A stretch of 63,016 bases of DNA, the filler included, from Octopus bimaculoides (lineage: Eukaryota), in the NCBI RefSeq assembly GCF_001194135.2. It is 6 parts of 6 records of this genome, joined end to end, with 100 filler letters (N's around TTAATTAATTAA, not from the genome) between each part and the next. Parts side by side here need not be neighbours in the genome. Positions count along the whole stretch, not along the records: positions 1 to 19,003 come from NC_068996.1; positions 19,104 to 45,170 come from NC_068982.1; 4 more parts are not named here. One strand, 5' to 3'. Shown here piece by piece: positions 11,085 through 23,138 of the stretch; the stretch's first letter is position 1; each line of letters opens with the position of its first letter. The notes under the pieces are model-generated. The model did not search any database. It was given only the letters and a program-made list of their open reading frames with translations, and was not told where the DNA came from. A program made the position numbers and the translations under genes.

Positions 11085-11270
11085 AGCCCAGGGTCTGCTT
11101 CTCCTTATAGTCTATATAAATGACATCTCAAGCTTCGTCAAACACAGCAAAAATAAAAATATTCACAGATGGTTCCAAGCACTAGGAAATTATCAGTGGA
11201 GAAGATTGTACTGCACTCCAGTCTGATTTACATGCTGTAAGCCATTTGGCAGACAAGAACAAAATGCGTG
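11085..11270 (+). mobile_element. Reverse-transcriptase remnant of a CR1/L2/Jockey-type LINE
   Basis: My translation with one frameshift: LLLLIVYINDISSFVKHSKIKIFTDGSKH*EIISGEDCTALQSDLHAVSHLADKNKM. This is the RT 'PLLF..YINDI ... FADD ... LQ.DL' region with the catalytic motif degraded. Confidence 0.75.
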
Positions 11271-11399
11271 ACACATTTTGCAAAAAAAGACTGTGCTCAA
11301 ACAACCATGCTTTTTTCCTTCAGGGGAACCATTCACATCATCTAATAATATCAGGTCATTTAGAATGAAATATCTGATTTTGAACTGAAAATAATGCAG

Positions 11400-12396
11400 T
11401 TAATCAAAGTATGCACTTAAATTATCAACACAATTTTACCATTTTATTGGTAGCTTATTTATGCCGGCAGCAAAGAATTCTGAAGAGCAAGAGCTGATGA
11501 AATCACGAAAGGCTGTCTTTGTATCTTCTTCAGATTAAAAGTTTTTTCCTTGCAAAAAGTTGTCTAATGCTTGAAAAACATGATAGTCAGTTGGTGCAAG
11601 GTTTGGTGAATATGGTGGATGACAGAGTACTTCCAAGTTCAGTTCCTGTAACTTGAACGGCGTTCTTTGTGCAACATGTGGTTGAGCATTGTCTTGCCAG
11701 AAGATTGGCCTGTCTCTATTGACCAATCTTGGTTGTTTAATTCCAATTTCACTCATCATTTCATCCAGTTGGTTGATGTATACATCTGCTGTAGTTGACT
11801 TACCAGGTCTCATGAAGTTGTAGTGGATGACACCAGTGATGGACCACCAAACAGACACCCTTAACATTTTTTAGTGAATATTCTTTTTGTTACTTTGTCT
11901 CTATCCAAACACCGTGCAGAATGCTTGCCATTGTTGAAAAGAATCCATTTTTCATCACACATAACAATACGTTGCAAAAATGGTTCGCTTTTATGCTGTG
12001 ACAGCAAAGAACAGCAAATTTCAAGATGACATGTCATTTGATGCTTGTTCAGTTTGTGTGGCGCCCACTTGTTCAGCTTCTATACCTTGCTGATTTATTT
12101 CAGATGGTGCAGTACAGTTGGAATTGAAACATCAAACCTTGCTGCTAACTCATGCATAGTTTGAGATGTGTCTGCTTCCACTACAGTTTCCAGCTCATCA
12201 TTATCCACCTTGATCTCAGGTCTGCCATGGGGCTGATTTTCAAGAGTAAAGTCACCAGACTGGAACATCTCAAACCATCCATGTACAGTACCACATCTTC
12301 ACCAAACATCTCATTGATATTTTGAGCTGTCTAGAATGCATTGGTTCCACAACAGAACTCATATTCAGAAACAACATGAATTTTTGATCTATCCAT
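11400..12396 (-). mobile_element. Decayed near-full-length mariner transposase (cecropia/Hsmar1-like)
   Basis: Starts MDRSKIHVVSEYEF at 12396. Continues ...LQRIVMCDEKWILFNN..., then ORF 11535..11867 (VWW...WQDNAQPH...HPPYSPNLAPTDYHVFQALDNFLQGK), then ...AGINKLPIKW*NCVDNLSAYFD*. Several stops and frameshifts. Confidence 0.92.
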
Positions 12397-12489
12397 GGGT
12401 TCACAAAAATTGATTTACAAGAAAAAACTCACAATATAATCAGACACCATGATTTGCCCACCTCAAACTGTCATTGATTCTTTGATATA

Positions 12490-12790
12490 AATTTCTCATT
12501 TTAAAGTGATTCCAAATATCAGGCTCATAATGACAAGGTTATTTTACTAAATTTTTCATTATTCAAAAAAAAAAAATTGATTGTAATAAGAACAATGCAT
12601 TCCAACAAAAATATGGTAGCAAAAGGGTTAAAGTGATCTAAATTAAAAAAAACCCTCTCCATCTACATTTCATCTTAATTTATGTTTCAAACACCTGGTT
12701 AATAATGACAATGTTATTTTCATAAATTTTTCATTAATTTCAAAATTAATCGAAACAGATAATTATTTCAAAAGAAATACAATAACAAGC
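12490..12790. repeat. Two further units of the ~160-bp AGGGTTAA-ending repeat
   Basis: AAAAATATGGTAGCAAAAGGGTTAAAGTGATCTAAATTAAAA matches the junction seen in 4045-4712. Confidence 0.7.
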
Positions 12791-12849
12791 AGAGAGAACA
12801 CAGTTCTCTCTGTCATAACATGCAACTTCCCATATGAGCACACAGCAAT

Positions 12850-14250
12850 ACAAGGCAGTCACATATTCTCCTTTATTGTTTATAACTTCTTGTCTGTGTT
12901 TCACTAGTTTGTTAATGCCTCGATGGTAGAAATCACCAGGTTTTCACTCAAAGAATTCATTCAGCCATGTTTCCAGCTCCATGTTATTGTTGGACAAAAA
13001 TGCTTTGCAGACTGTCGGAGAGTGACCGAAAAGGTGATTACCTGAAGGTACTAAATCACAAGAATACAATAGGTGCTGTAGGACTTTTCAACCGTTCTCT
13101 TGAATAACATTTTTGGTCAAATTAGTAATGTGGGGGACAAACATTGATTTACTGAAGAAGCCTGTTGTGTCACCAGTTGGGTTATTGGATGCCTCATTGA
13201 AGCAGTGCTTTTGCAGAATGTAAAGTTCTTTGTTGACTGTTTGGTTGTTTTTCAGATATTTCATCGTGGATTAGTTCCTCTCAATTCCCCCAAATGCTCC
13301 TCATTTTCTTGCATGAATGCAACTCTGCTTGGCTCGATGTGTTACTTGCTTGTTAGGACTCAGCCATTCTTTCCTCTGTTTCTTGTTGATTTAAAGACAT
13401 GATTTTTCTTTACTGGTAACAATCATCATCATCATCGTCATCATCATCATCGTCATCATCATCATTGTTTAATGTTTGCCTTCCGTTCTGGCATGAGTTG
13501 GACAGTTTGACAGAAACTGGCCAGGTAGAATACTACCTCAGGCTACTGTGTCTCTGTTTTGGCATGGTTTTCCGGCTGGATGCCCTTCCTAACATCAACC
13601 ACTCTGCAAGAGTGGACTTAGCACTTTTTATGTGTCACCAGCACAATCAAGATTAGTTTTGGCATGGTTTTTACAGTTGGGTGCCCTTCCAAATGCCAAC
13701 CACTTAACAGTGTAGACTGGATGCTTTTTACGTGGTACCAGCACTGGCAGAGTCACCAAGTAACAGTGTGGTTAAGAAATCACGGTTTATATCCATGAGT
13801 AGTCTGGTGCAAGCAAACTAATGGCAAGAGAGGAGTGCTGCAGTTTGTCTTTTTTATTCAGAGTGGGTGATACACAGGCACTGAGCTTTTGGACCTTATC
13901 CATTCAGTGAAGGTGACAGGTGACAGTATTATAACAGCATCTCATCTGCTGTGACAATTCCCTTGTGGATTGGCTCAGATCCTTGTGGATGAGCTGGCTC
14001 AGTCGATCCTCATTGAAATTAATGAGGCAGCTGGAATGAGAAGAGTCTGTGAGGTCGAATTTCTTGTTGAAGCATGAAAACCATTTCTGTCCTGTTCATT
14101 CATTAATAGCACCTTCTTCATACACAACTGCATCAAGTGGCTTTGGTACCTTTGTATATTCATCAAAAGTCAAAAGCACCAGGTGCTGAAAATGTTTATT
14201 TTCTTTGGTACTCTGTTATCATATGTCTGAAAAGAGGTAAAAATTTATTC
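12850..14250 (-). mobile_element. Second, different decayed mariner transposase, interrupted by SINE insertion(s) at ~13420-13790
   Basis: N-terminus ...KHFQHLVLLTF...QKWFSCFNKKFDLTDS...FNEDRLSQLIHKD..QSTRELSQQM (13800-14230). Middle KKQRKEWLSPNKQ...LKNNQTVNKELY. C-terminus ...ELETWLNEFFE*KPGDFYHRGINKLVKHRQEVINNKGEY (~12860). Confidence 0.85.
13420..13790 (-). mobile_element. RTE-tailed SINE copy nested in the mariner
   Basis: (CAT)n followed by ...TGGATGCCCTTCCTAACATCAACCACTC..., with a second partial unit ...GGTGCCCTTCCAAATGCCAACCAC. Confidence 0.75.
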
Positions 14251-14274
14251 AAATTTCATAAATAATAAAGATAA

Positions 14275-14328
14275 GCCTTGTGAGAGGATTTGGTAGACGG
14301 AAACTGAAAGAAGCCTGTTGTATATATG

Positions 14329-14361
<33 letters not shown>

Positions 14362-14580
14362 ATATGTCTGTGTGTGTCTGTGTTTGTCCCCCCCCCAACA
14401 TCACTTGACAACCGATGCTGGTGTGTTTACGTCCCCATAGCATAGCGGTTCGGCAAAAGAGACTGATAGAATAGGGACTAGGCTTACAAAGAATAAGCTC
14501 TGGGGTCGATTTGCTCGACTAAAGGCGGTGCTCCAGCATGGCCTCAGTCAAATGGCTGGAACAAGTAAAAGAATATAAGA
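14275..14580 (+). mobile_element. CORE-type SINE copy lacking the head, with internal microsatellite
   Basis: AAGCCTTGTGAGAGGATTTGGTAGACGGAAACTGAAAGAAGCC-(TA/TG)n-TGTTTGTCCCCC...CTCCAGCATGGC...GAACAAGTAAAAGAA. Confidence 0.85.
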
Positions 14581-14614
14581 ATAAAGAATATAAATATGAA
14601 TAACTGAATAAATA

Positions 14615-14772
14615 TGTGTGTTGGCGTTAGGAAGGGCATCCAGCAGTAGAAACACTGCCAGATCAGATTGGAGCCTGGTGTAGCCATCTGGCTTCCCAGA
14701 TCCCGGTTGAACCATCCTACCCATGCTAGCATGGAAAACGGACGTTAAACAATGATGATGATGATGATGATG
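14615..14772 (+). mobile_element. RTE-tailed SINE tail
   Basis: TTGGCGTTAGGAAGGGCATCCAGCAGTAGAAAC...GGACGTTAAACAATGATG. An identical copy sits across the gap at 15249-15432. Confidence 0.8.
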
Positions 14773-15991
14773 ATACATATATACGTACATGCATACATAT
14801 ATTCAGAGATTTATACAAACACACATACACACACACACACACACGCGCACACACACACACACACACATACACACAAACACATACACACATACATACACAC
14901 ACACAATAATATGCTGATATTACATGCTTTATCTTAGTTTGTATCAAATACTTTATTTAATAAAAAAAGCGACTGATATCCAGGATGTATATACCTATAT
15001 GATATTTATCTTTTACATCGACAAGAATGCCAACAATATTTATAATATTGAAAGTGAATTGTCCTCTGTAACCCTTAAATGTTATTGTGGCACAATCTCA
15101 TGACATACATGATGGTCTGCGATAATGGGAAATTCTATGAGAAAAGATATTTTAATGCATACCGTCACTGTTGCCACCACCACAACCACCCCCACCACAA
15201 TCACTACTACCATCACCACCAACACCACCACCACTATCNNNNNNNNNNAACACTGCCAGATCAGATTGGAGCCTGGTGTAGCCATCTGGCTTCCCAGATC
15301 CCGGTTGAACCATCCTACCCATGCTAGCATGGAAAACGGACGTTAAACAATGATGATGATGATGATGATGATACATATATACGTACATGCATACATATAT
15401 TCAGAGATTTATACAAACACACATACACACANNNNNNNNNNATCACCACCGCGCCACCACCGCCGCTGCCACCGCCAATGCTACCACCCCCACCGCCCCC
15501 CACCACTGCCACTACTACCACCACCACCACCGCCACCACCAATACTACCCCCTACCACTTCCACTGCCGCCACTGCCACCACTACCACCACCACCACTAA
15601 TACATTTAGTGAGAGAAAGGAAGTTGTATGTAATGTGACACACACACACACACACACACATTTACATATTTACAGCAATCGGTAGAGAATGGTTGAGATA
15701 AGATAAGGTTCAGTTACAATGGAACAAATTAAATAACTATAAAAGACAAACCAGTCTTCATATTATTGGTCTTGGAGATAACTGGTTTCTTTTTTTTTTT
15801 CCCATTACCAAATCAATATTTTCTTTAATATCATGTTGAGGTACCAATTTCTTGCCATTTTTCATGTTCTGTGACTGCATTTGTTATTCTATGATATTGT
15901 ACATCAGTTTATGATAAGGTGTATAAAATAAAGTATATTTGATATAAATCATAATGATGATGGTGGTGGTGGTGGTGGTGGTGGTGGTGCT

Positions 15992-16022
<31 letters not shown>

Positions 16023-16779
16023 ATGTTGATGATAATAATGATGATGATGATCATCATCATCATCATTTTCCATTGTAGCAAGAGTCTGTCTGTTTGAGTA
16101 GACAGTTTGACAAAAGCCAGCTTGTCAAAAGACTGCGCTGAGATCTACTGTTTCTATGGCTGGATGCCCTTTTAAAGCCAACCACTTTATAGAGTCTACT
16201 GGGCACTTTTTATGTGGCACCAGCACTGCTGAGTCACCGAGTAACTTACAAGGCAAGGCCCCTTGACCGAGTTCTGGAGTAGTATTGAGGGAAGTGGCTT
16301 TGTGCCAGGTGATGAGAAGTTAGGGTATAAATAGAGGGACAGAAGTAGGTATCTTGTTGTAAAGAAGATACATGGTTATCTCGGAAGGAGAGAGAGAGAG
16401 AGAGAGAGAGAGTGGTGTGTGGTGAGCAAAATAGAAAATGAGGCGATAAAGTGTGATGAAGGAAGACATGTTAGAGCAGTGGATGGGAGTGAAAGCAGTC
16501 TACGGAAAGTACTGAAGGTCAGGAACAGACAGACAGACAGATAGATAGACAGATAGGTAGATAGAGATAGACAGATAGATAAATAGATAGATAGGTAGGT
16601 AGGTAGATAGATAGACAGAAAAATAGAAATAGACAGATAGATAGATAGATAGATAGATAGATGGATAGATAGATAGATAGATTGAATAGATGGATAGACA
16701 GACAGACAGACAGACAGATGGATAGATGGACTGATGGATAGATTGACAGAGGAATATATATATATATATATATATCATC

Positions 16780-17535
16780 ATTATCATCATCGTTTAACAT
16801 CCGCTTTCCATGCTAACATGGGTTGAACGATTTGACTGAGGACTGGTGAAACTAGATGGCTACACCAGGCTCCAATCTGATTTGGCAGAGTTTCTACAGC
16901 TGGATGCCCTTCCTAATGCCAACCACTCAGAGAGTGTAGTGGGTGCCTTTATGTGTCACCCGCACGAAGGCCAGTCAGGCGGTACTGGCAACGGTCACAC
17001 TCAAAATGGTGTATTTTATGTGCCACCCTCACAAGAACCAGTCCAGGGGCACTGGCAACGATCTCGCTCGAAAATCCTTACACATGTCATGGGCACAAGT
17101 GCCAGAAAGGTGACGCTGGGCACAGGTGCTATCCTGATTTCGCTTTCGCTTGCCCCAATGAGTCTTTGCAAGCTGAGTTTCGTATCCAATGAAGGAGACG
17201 ACGTTGGCACGGGTGCCAGTCGTCGAATTTAGTTCGATTTCACTTGCCTCAACAAGTCTTCGCAAGCAGAGTTTAGTGTCCAATGTAGGAAAGGTACACA
17301 TAAGTGGGCTGGCTACACCACTGGCAGAGGCCTTGGATTTAGGTCTTACTTGGCTTGCCGGGTCTTCTCACGCACAGCACATTTCCAAAGGTCTTGGCCA
17401 GAAGTCATCGCCTCAGTGAGGCCTAATGTTGGAAGGTCTTGCCTCACCACCTCAGCCCAGGTCTTCCTGGGCCTACCTCTTCCACAGATTCCCTCAACTG
17501 TTAGGGTGTGGCACTTTTTCACGCAGCTATCCTCA
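16780..17535 (-). mobile_element. RTE LINE 3' end: last coding residues plus complete 3' UTR and (GAT)n tail
   Basis: ORF 17346..17582 reads EDSCVKKCHTLTVEGICGRGRPRKTWAEVVRQDL..LGLTEAMT...DLWK.AV (RTE C-terminus, GRPR.TW motif) and runs directly into the tail shared by the short copies. Confidence 0.88.
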
Positions 17536-17899
17536 GAGAGAGAGAGAGACAGACAGACAGAGATGAAGATGTGACAGGGCACACACTCATGTTAGATGGA
17601 GGTGTATATAAGTGAAGTGGAAGGAAGGATTGGATAGGGTGAGTGGGTGGGTGAATAAATCCATGAGATTGCGAAAAGTGAGTAGGAGGCGGAGGATGTG
17701 AGGGAATAAAGAAGTGGGATGATGGAGGATATGTCATGGTAGTGATGCAAGGGTGTGAAGGGAAAGTGGGAGGTAAAAGGGGAGGAGAATACAGTGAGTG
17801 GTTAACTCAGATGGAAGGGTGAGATGGAGGAGGTGGTAGGAGGATGAGCTGTTGGGGAGAGAGTTTGTCAGGAACAGATTGTTTTTCAAAGGGATGGTC

Positions 17900-18255
17900 A
17901 TAAGTGGCTTGCTATTATGGCTTTGATTTTATTCAAGCAAATCACCAATCATCTCAATCCTTTATCATATCTTCTGTGAGGCTTTCATCCCACGTCGTGG
18001 GTCTTCCTCTTCTTCCACAGGTTCACTCCACAATTAAAGATCAGCACTTCTTTTACGCAGCTGTCCTCATCCACTGGCCATACTGGTGCAGTCTTCTCTC
18101 TCGCCACATGACATCTGATGCCTCTTATAATCAGTTTCTCTCTCAACACATTTACACTTTGCCGCACATGTGCACTGGCATTGCACATCCAGCGGAGCAT
18201 TCTGGCTTCGTTTCTTTCAAGCCTTTGCATGAGGGAGAGGCTCTTTGTTACCTAC
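17900..18255 (-). mobile_element. RTE LINE ORF fragment
   Basis: ORF 17985..18230 reads MQRLERNEARMLRWMCNASAHVRQSVNVLREKL.IRGIRC..., typical of the RTE post-RT region. Confidence 0.85.
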
Positions 18256-18453
18256 AGAGGTAATAGCTCTCAATTTTCTCCACCATCACTGTTACCACTG
18301 TTATCATTGTCACCGTCACTTAACGTTTTATTATTTTTTTTACCATGCTGGTATGGGTCACATGGTTTGACCAGGAACTGACGAACAGGAGGACTGTTCT
18401 CAGTTCAAATACCACCCCCTAACCCACAGTGTCTAAAGCTGGATGCCTTTCCT

Positions 18454-18488
<35 letters not shown>

Positions 18489-18794
18489 CCACTTTGTGGT
18501 GTTCTCTTGGTGCTGTTTAACCTTTTCTTTTGTGCCACCAGCACTGAGGTTACCAAGTAATTTGCAACACAGAATAAGAACACAAAAACAAAGGTTAAAG
18601 AAAAAAAACAATTTACACTGCAAACTGGTGGTGGTGGTGGTGGTGGAAATGGGTGGTGTTACGCCAAGTGTTGAATGCAGGAGTTCTTAACCATTTCATT
18701 TTTATGGGCCTCTTTGATTCCTCTTTTAGTCTGCTGGACTCCAACAGCCATTTGGTGTTTAAAAAATTCTTAAAATATATTTTTATTAGTAAAT

Positions 18795-18970
18795 AGGTGC
18801 AGGAGTGGCTGTGTGGTAAGAAGCTTGCTTCCCAATGACATGGATCTGGGTTCAGTCCCACTGTGTAGTACTTTGGGCAAGTATCTTCTACTATAGCTTC
18901 GGGCCAACTAAAGCATTGTGAGTGGATTTGGTAGATGGAAATTGAAAGAAGCCCGTCATGTATACATATA

Positions 18971-19003
<33 letters not shown>

Positions 19004-19345
19004 NNNNNNNNNNNNNNNNNNNNNNNNNNNNNNNNNNNNNNNNNNNNTTAATTAATTAANNNNNNNNNNNNNNNNNNNNNNNNNNNNNNNNNNNNNNNNN
19101 NNNTATATATATATATATACATACATATATATATGCATTTGCATGTGTGTGTGTGTGTGTGTGTGTGTATGCATACATATATATATATATGTATATATAT
19201 ATATGGGCAGGTCTAGTTGTTTGATAAGCTATTTGCTTCCCAACTACATGGTTTTGTGTTCAGTCTCACTACGCGGTGCCTTGGGCAAATGTCTCCTACT
19301 ATAGCGTTGGGCTTCTTGTGCGAGGATTTAGCAGATGGAGAGAGA
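18795..19345 (+). mobile_element. Two tRNA-head/CORE SINE 5' halves
   Basis: 18795-18960: GGTGCAGGAGTGGCTGTGTGGTAAGAAGCTTGCTTCCC...GGGTTCAGTCCCACTG..TACTTTGGGCAAGTATCTTCTACTATAGC. A diverged second copy lies at 19213-19345. Confidence 0.8.
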
Positions 19346-19430
19346 AAGAAGCCCGTCGTATATACATTCATATATATATATATAAACACACACACTCACA
19401 CACACACACACACTCACACACACACACACT

Positions 19431-19482
<52 letters not shown>

Positions 19483-19564
19483 AGTGTGCATGAAACGATC
19501 ACACTGCATTAACTTTGGATATCCTTGTTGCTTATTTTGACTATATATATATACATATATACTA

Positions 19565-19790
19565 TTTCTTTATTACCCACAAGGGGCTAAACATAGAGGG
19601 GACAAACAAGGACAGACAAAGGGATTAAGTCGATTACATCGATCCCAGTGCGTAACTGGTACTTAATTTATCGACCCCGAAAGGATGAAAGGCAAAGTTG
19701 ACATCGGTGGAATTTGAACCCAGAACGTAAAGACAGACGAAATACCACTAAGCACTTCGCCCGGCGTGCTAACGTTTCTGCCAGCTCTCC
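19565..19790 (-). mobile_element. tRNA-derived SINE, family A
   Basis: Reverse complement of GAGCTGGCAGAAACGTTAGCACGCCGGGCGAA...GGGTTCAAATTCC...CCTTTCATCCTTTCGGGGTCGATAAATTAAGTACCAG (A/B-box-like head plus conserved central domain). Confidence 0.88.
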
Positions 19791-19877
19791 GTATATATAC
19801 ACATATATACGTGTGTGTGTGNNNNNNNNNNNNNNNNNNNNNNNNNNNNNNNNNNNNNNNNGGGGGGGGGGGGGTGC

Positions 19878-20100
19878 TTGTGTCTGTATTTGTCTCTGTG
19901 TATGTCCTACATCACCGCTTGACAACAGGTATTGGTATGTTTAATATCTGTAACTTAACGGTTCGGCAAAAGACAGCCGATAGGTTAAGTGCCAGGCTTA
20001 AAAGAAAAATAAATACTGGGGTCGATTCTTTCGGCTAAAATTATTCAAGGTGGTGTTCCAGCATGGCCGCAGTTCAAAGAATAAAACAGGTAAAAAGAGA
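19878..20100 (+). mobile_element. CORE SINE 3' half
   Basis: CATCACCGCTTGACAACAGGTATTGG...GCGGTTCGGCAAAAG...CCAGCATGGCCGCAG. Confidence 0.75.
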
Positions 20101-20454
20101 TATATATGAAAATGCTCTCATACCTATTTAAAATACGTACATGCACATATATAGGCACACACATGTTTCTAGACATGAACGGTGTATCGATTACAGTGTT
20201 ATTGGTAATCTTAATCCATGATTTTTTGAGTAGCAGATTTAGAACGTAAGAAGTTTTCATCACAAGTGTTTAATTATACTCTTCAGACTACTTAAGTACT
20301 TCTCTCATTAATCCTATACAGATCGATACAATGGGGAAAAAAACTTCATCTTACCACATTATGACTGCTATGACTGCTCTGTCAGGAAACCAACATAAAT
20401 CCAAGTCATCGTACATCACCATTGGTGACGTCATCACCTTATGGCAATATTGGT

Positions 20455-20672
20455 TTCACATTTTGGCACAAGGCCAGAAATTTCGGGGAGAGAGGTGAAG
20501 GGTGGAGACAATTGAATGACATTGATCCCAGTACTCTACTGGGATTTATTTCATCGAAAGGATGGAACACAAAATCGATCTCGGCGGCATTTGAACTCAG
20601 AACGTAAAGACGGACGAAATGCTGCTTAGCATTTGGCCCGGCGTGCTAACGATTGTGTCAGCTCGCCACCTT
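20455..20672 (-). mobile_element. tRNA-derived SINE, family A
   Basis: ATTTGAACTCAGAACGTAAAGACGGACGAAATGCTGCTTAGCATTTGGCCCGGCGTGCTAACGATT. Confidence 0.85.
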
Positions 20673-22424
20673 ACACTATCGTAATATCTGTTTCAAATTT
20701 TGGCACAAGGCCAGACACCATGGCAATCTTAATAAGTGAAATGGCCACTAAAATTTAGTCAAGAAAATTTAATTATTAATTAAAGTTGACAGACCAATGA
20801 TGAGAATAAGAGTTATCTAAATGTTTAAATCTGGTCCAAAAGACGAAGGGAAGCAACTCCGAAATTTATAATTTTGATTAATTTAATATGAAATACAGTG
20901 GAGAGTAAGCCTGATGGCTCTCATTCTCCTGGTTCCCTACTTGCCCCACCGAATAAGCTTAGCAGGGAAATTGGTTTTGATCATCGAGAGGATGAAAATG
21001 ATCAAAAAACCTGCCAAATGGTTGATAAAATCAGGAAAGTCACCAGCTTTCAAATAGCGTGTATATAAGCATGCGGATATATCTGTGCATTCATATTTGT
21101 ATGTAAATGACCAGCCAAGGATGTCGCTCTTCCTTGAGACCTGCAGTATCTGGCCATTTTGTTTTGTTTTTTTTTTCTTCTCATTTATTTACTCGTCTCG
21201 GTGGATTTACAGTGGTACTCATGTCAGATGAACATCAAATTTCATTCAAATTTGTCGCATAAAATTTTACATTTTGATAGTTTTTTGCCCAACGTTTTTT
21301 TTTTTTTCCAACGCAAGTCAGCATTCGAGCTTCTAGGGCTCACAGCAAGACGACAGATATTTCGCTGCAGTGATGTACCATGCGCGTCTGCATTTTCTCA
21401 CAAAGTGTAGTAAAGCCAGGAGCAGTCGTGGTCATTCTTGATGTCCTTACGGCTGTACCTACAGCTTATGGGTAGTTGAGATCTACATGGTGTTGTCTTG
21501 GTCTTACCATGCTGATGCATGCCTTCGTCACTGGGAGATCCCAAGAGACAAAGGCACGACATCTTAAAAGGAAAGAAGAAGAGAGCTCAAAAGATGGTCG
21601 TAGTCGATAGCGAGTTGAAAACCACTACGCACACATACATGCGAACAGAATAACAAGTTTCTACAGTGGCTTACTTTACTGTGTAGGCGTTATAAACTGT
21701 AAGCTAGCTACATTAAATTTATCTTAACTTACGCGTGTATGTATGTGTGCTTGCGTGTGTATAAATATGCTTATATATATATGTGTGTGTGTTTATGTCT
21801 GAGTACATAAGATAACTCTAACATAGTCAGCCTACAGTTTATAAGACTTGTACTGTGTAAAATAAGCAATTGTGAACTCAAAGGAGATTATTCAGGCGTG
21901 TTTCAAAGAGGGTTGACCACTCTTCAGAGGACTGGCACCCCTTACATACACTTTCTGCTCGTGAAGAGAACTTGATAACAATCGCTATTTACATCAAACA
22001 AAAACTAAGACATTGCTTAAATAATTTGACTAATACATAGTGAATATTTTATGTAAAAACGGCAATTTTGTAAAACCTAAGATAAAATTAATGTAGTAAG
22101 CATGCAGTTCTGTTTGTGAAAAGAATAACAAATTTCATTTACATTTGTTTACCCGTTACCATTTGCGTGTTACAAACTGTAGGTCTACTACATTAAATCT
22201 ATTTTAGATTTTCTAATACATAGTGTTAGTGAATACATACATGCACACATACATACATGCACACGTACATACATGCACACATGCATACATGCACACATAC
22301 ATACATGCACAATATGTATGTATGTATATATGTATGTATGTGTATGTATGTACGTATGCATGTATGTATGCATGCATGCATGCATACATGTATGTATGTA
22401 TGTATGTTATTATTCAGTTTTGTT

Positions 22425-22640
22425 AAAGCGGTGAGCTGGCAGAATCGTTAGCACGCCGGGCGAAATTCTTAGCGGTATTTCGTCTGTCTTTACGTTCTGA
22501 GTTCAAATTCCGCCGAGGTCGACTTTGCTTTTCATCCTTTCGGGGTCGATAAATTAAGCACCAGTTGAGTACTGGGGTCAATCTAATCGACTATCTCCCT
22601 CCCCCAAGTTTCAGGCGTTGTGCCTATAGCAGAAAGGATC
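22425..22640 (+). mobile_element. tRNA-derived SINE, family A
   Basis: GCGGTGAGCTGGCAGAATCGTTAGCACGCCGGGCG...GAGTTCAAATTCCGCCGAGGTCGACTTTGCTTTTCATCCTTTCGGGGTCGATAAA. Confidence 0.88.
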
Positions 22641-23107
22641 ATTCAGTTATGTTTCAAGGTTTCTTGCCAATAGAGAAAGACCCGGTTTCTAGCCTAGATC
22701 CAAGGCTCCTTCATTGGAATTTCACCTACGTCGATAGAGTTTGTTTTTTTTGCATATATGTGTGTGTGTACAGTATTTGGAGTCAGTGCACATGTAGATT
22801 TGTATGTTTGTTTTGTGTATATAGTTGTTTTATGCATATGTATGTATGTATGTATATATGTATGTGTATGTATGCATATATACTTAAATGGTAAACATCT
22901 TATAGATTTTTACTGTTACAGTGATGGCTTGGATATGTGGTCTTCGAATCAGCTTTCTCCTTTCTGGTTTTCAGAACATTCTAGTACCCCAATAATTACA
23001 GGTATAAACATGAACTTATAAGTATTCCGGGTAGAATAACTAAGTTTCTCAATAGTTCAGGGTAGGTGTTTCCTTTCTCGCTGTCTTTATGTATGTATGT
23101 ATGTATG

Positions 23108-23138
<31 letters not shown>

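Noticed and set aside
11494-11515. CTGATGA...GAAA hammerhead-like core (another CTGATGA at ~9443)
   Set aside because: No stem II can form at 11494 and it lies in mariner coding sequence. The 9443 case lacks GAAA.
14630-15432. Identical SINE tail plus flank repeated at 14630-14830 and 15249-15432
   Set aside because: The second copy is bounded by 10-N gaps on both sides; assembly artefact.
19048-19059. TTAATTAATTAA inside N runs, also at 45215, 50145, 56927 and 61446
   Set aside because: Each copy is flanked by exactly 44 N on both sides (100 bp total) and is a palindrome with stops in all six frames. It is a scaffolding linker, not biology.
20315-20420. Possible next ABHD11 exon (…SSYHIMTAMTAL…)
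   Set aside because: Lacks the expected VD-x-x-P motif and has no good donor site.
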